DNA of 64,000 nucleotides from Selaginella moellendorffii (Eukaryota; Plantae; Lycopodiophyta): NCBI RefSeq assembly GCF_000143415.4, contig NW_003314351.1, positions 121,490 to 185,489 of the forward strand, read 5' to 3'. Shown piece by piece: positions 61,893 to 64,000 of this stretch (position 1 is its first letter; each line of letters starts with the position of its first letter). The notes under the pieces were generated by a model. It saw only the letters and a program-made list of their open reading frames with translations, ran no database searches and was not told where the DNA came from. The position numbers and the translations under genes were made by a program.

Positions 61893-62830
61893 ATGGAAGA
61901 GGAAAGGGGAGGCGCAGTGGCGGAGGCAGCTGCGGCGGCTATGGCGTCGATCGATGGTATGGCCGGGATGGTGGAAGATCTCAGCATTGAAATGCGGCGG
62001 CAGTGGGATTACGTCGCGAGCGCCCCGGATGGAGCGCTTTTGGGGCCCGTCTTCTCGTTTCTTCGTGCCGTGGATTGGATGGTACGCTTCGCTATACTCG
62101 CCGTTTCTTTGCTTTTACTTCAAGAATTGGATCGGCATCGATCTTGCAAAATAATTTTTTGTGATCTAAAAGATCTCTCTTTCTCTCTCTTTTTGCTGTG
62201 AATTGCAGGAACCATGGCTGCTGCTGCTCATAATTTTCCACGCTGGTTTGCTCACAGTGGCGATTCGGACACGAGAAAACAACAACATGCAAATGTTGCT
62301 ATTCACATTTGGACGTAAGTTCATCGTCTTTTGTTTCTTCTTTTCGCGTCGCTTGGTTTGATTTGCCATGCGGTTTCTTGTTTCTTTTCTGCTTTCTCTT
62401 TGTTTTTGTCCCGACCGAAACTTTGTTTGACAGTTTTTGATCGAATGTTTCGAGATTGGTTTCTCATGAATATGTCGTGATTATTGTTTGCTTTCACTAA
62501 CTCGCTACCGACATTATGATTGACAGTGTTGAGCGTCTATTCTGCGGAAAAAATCAATACCCTGCTCGCCAGGAATTGGGAAAGGTTCTCACGCAAGCCA
62601 TACTTTGACCGGGAGGGAGTGTTCGTATCAACAGTATGGTCGGGCCCTCTGTTACTGATTGGGACAGTCATCCTGGTAAGAAAAAGAAAAGTTTAGAAGA
62701 TCTCTCTCAATTTTTTGACTCAACGCTCGCGCAGGTAAACACATTGCGAACGCTCGTCAAGCTTCTTGTCAAGTGGAAGAGAGCCGAGCTGAAACATCGG
62801 GCATACTTGGCACGAAAAAGGTCCAGCTAA
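61893..62830 (+). CDS. TMEM18: Transmembrane protein 18 homolog, 4 exons
   Basis: FLRAVDWM|EPWL, AEKINTLLARNWERFSRKPYFDREGVF, WSGPLL and LVKWKRAEL; GT-AG introns. Confidence 0.92.
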
Positions 62831-62984
62831 AACTCACACAAATGCGAGGTAAGAGATAGAAACAAAAAAACCAGTTTTGTTCTTCCAAATGCGCTCAACG
62901 AACGGGAAAATAAAAAAAGAAAGTTTCGTGCTTGCGAGCGACAACGATCAAATCAGGCACTGATGAAATCAAACTCCCTGCGAT

Positions 62985-63989
62985 CTAGAGGTGCCTTCTG
63001 ATGATATATTGTTCTAACCAATCGAAAATCTCGCTACACTTTCGAGCAGTGACGGCGTGCCGCGCCTCGGCCACCCGGATCAAACAGTTGACACTCTCCA
63101 CCACCATTTCTCTCTCGTCCTCGTCCGCCTCGCCGAAAATATCCGCGCGCTGCAACAGCTCCCGGATCTCCGACGTCTGCATGGCCGAAGTTACAAACCC
63201 CTCGCCGTTGATCACGCCGTGGATCACGAGCGCCGCGAAGAGCTTGGAGGCACCGTGGGAGCTCAAGAGGCTGCGGAAGATCTCCGAAGTTACGGGAAAG
63301 TCGAGGCAGGCAATCTCTTCCGTGGGGATCCCTTTGCTCTGCAAGGCTCGGATCTCTCGCTCGATCTTGGCGGCGGTGAGCGAGTCCTTGGGCATATGAA
63401 CGAAGAGCGTCGGCGGGTATCTGTTCGTAGCTCGCTGGAAAGCTCGCGTCACGCCGTGCGAGATCATGATCACCAGCGCCGCGAATTCGATCCGGAGCGC
63501 CAGCGCCGAGACGAAGCTCCCGCCGGACGCGCAGCCGAGAGCTACCAGCGGCAGATTCGCCATCCCGTGCCTGTTCTTCCAAGAATCCAGGATCCTCTCC
63601 ACGTTGAAAGCGTCCTGGGAGGCCTCGAGCGGCCAGGTTTGCCAGTAGTCCTTGGCGCTCTTGATGGCCACCACGGCGTAGCGCGCGCCGATCGCGCGCT
63701 GGGTGATCGCGCTGTGCTCCGGGAGGCCCTTGCAGCGCGCGCAATCGCGGTGGGGCGGGAAGAAGTCGCCGGGAGATCCACAGCCCGGGTGCGCGATGAA
63801 GAGGATTGCGCGCGGTGGAGAGCTCGGGATTTGCCACACCAGCTCCACGCCTTCGAGTAGCTCGTGAGTTGGAGCGCTGCTCGCCCAGTGATCTTGGCTG
63901 CTCGCCCGGTGATCTTGGCGACTGTGGCTACTGCTGCTGCTCGTGAAGATCACCACTGGTGGCGGGGATGGCGTTCGCTCTTCTTCCAT
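62985..63989 (-). CDS. Alpha/beta-hydrolase-fold protein (334 aa)
   Basis: WQIP..PRAILFIAH, C..C.GLPE, nucleophile elbow LGCASGG, YPPTLFVHMPKD and a C-terminal A.H. The start lies near the window edge. Confidence 0.85.
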   Translation of the reverse strand: MEEERTPSPPPVVIFTSSSSSHSRQDHRASSQDHWASSAPTHELLEGVELVWQIPSSPPRAILFIAHPGCGSPGDFFPPHRDCARCKGLPEHSAITQRAIGARYAVVAIKSAKDYWQTWPLEASQDAFNVERILDSWKNRHGMANLPLVALGCASGGSFVSALALRIEFAALVIMISHGVTRAFQRATNRYPPTLFVHMPKDSLTAAKIEREIRALQSKGIPTEEIACLDFPVTSEIFRSLLSSHGASKLFAALVIHGVINGEGFVTSAMQTSEIRELLQRADIFGEADEDEREMVVESVNCLIRVAEARHAVTARKCSEIFDWLEQYIIRRHL

Positions 63990-64000
63990 TTGCTTCTCGA

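Overview
Eukaryotic land-plant nuclear DNA. The very short GT-AG introns (about 45-70 nt), compact GC-rich genes and gene content suggest a lycophyte such as Selaginella; this is an inference. The first ~21 kb is an AT-rich, decayed block: a dead Helitron (RepHel plus RPA-like remnants) with two small nested insertions, a WEE1 pseudogene, a PIF/Harbinger fragment, a duplicated STIG1 locus (one pseudogene, one intact) and an orphan secreted Cys-containing protein with a truncated paralog. The rest is gene-dense: PIP5K (MORN type), a degenerate tRNA-Arg(ACG), a divergent nsLTP-like gene, a small membrane protein with a decayed duplicate, an MCTP, two tandem eIF4A-like pseudo-helicases, a Yip1-family gene, a HAWAIIAN SKIRT-like F-box gene, TMEM18 and an alpha/beta-hydrolase. 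The stand-out is at 22.8-26.7 kb: two intact spliced genes lie head-to-head with predicted start codons only 12 bp apart. They share a homologous N-terminal header domain. One encodes a PD-(D/E)xK nuclease with intact catalytic motifs, the other an apparently decayed copy of that nuclease fused to an intact atypical protein kinase. This resembles a split Crinkler/Spok-type nuclease-kinase module, a candidate toxin-antidote or paired immune system. All calls come from manual reading of the sequence; no searches were run.
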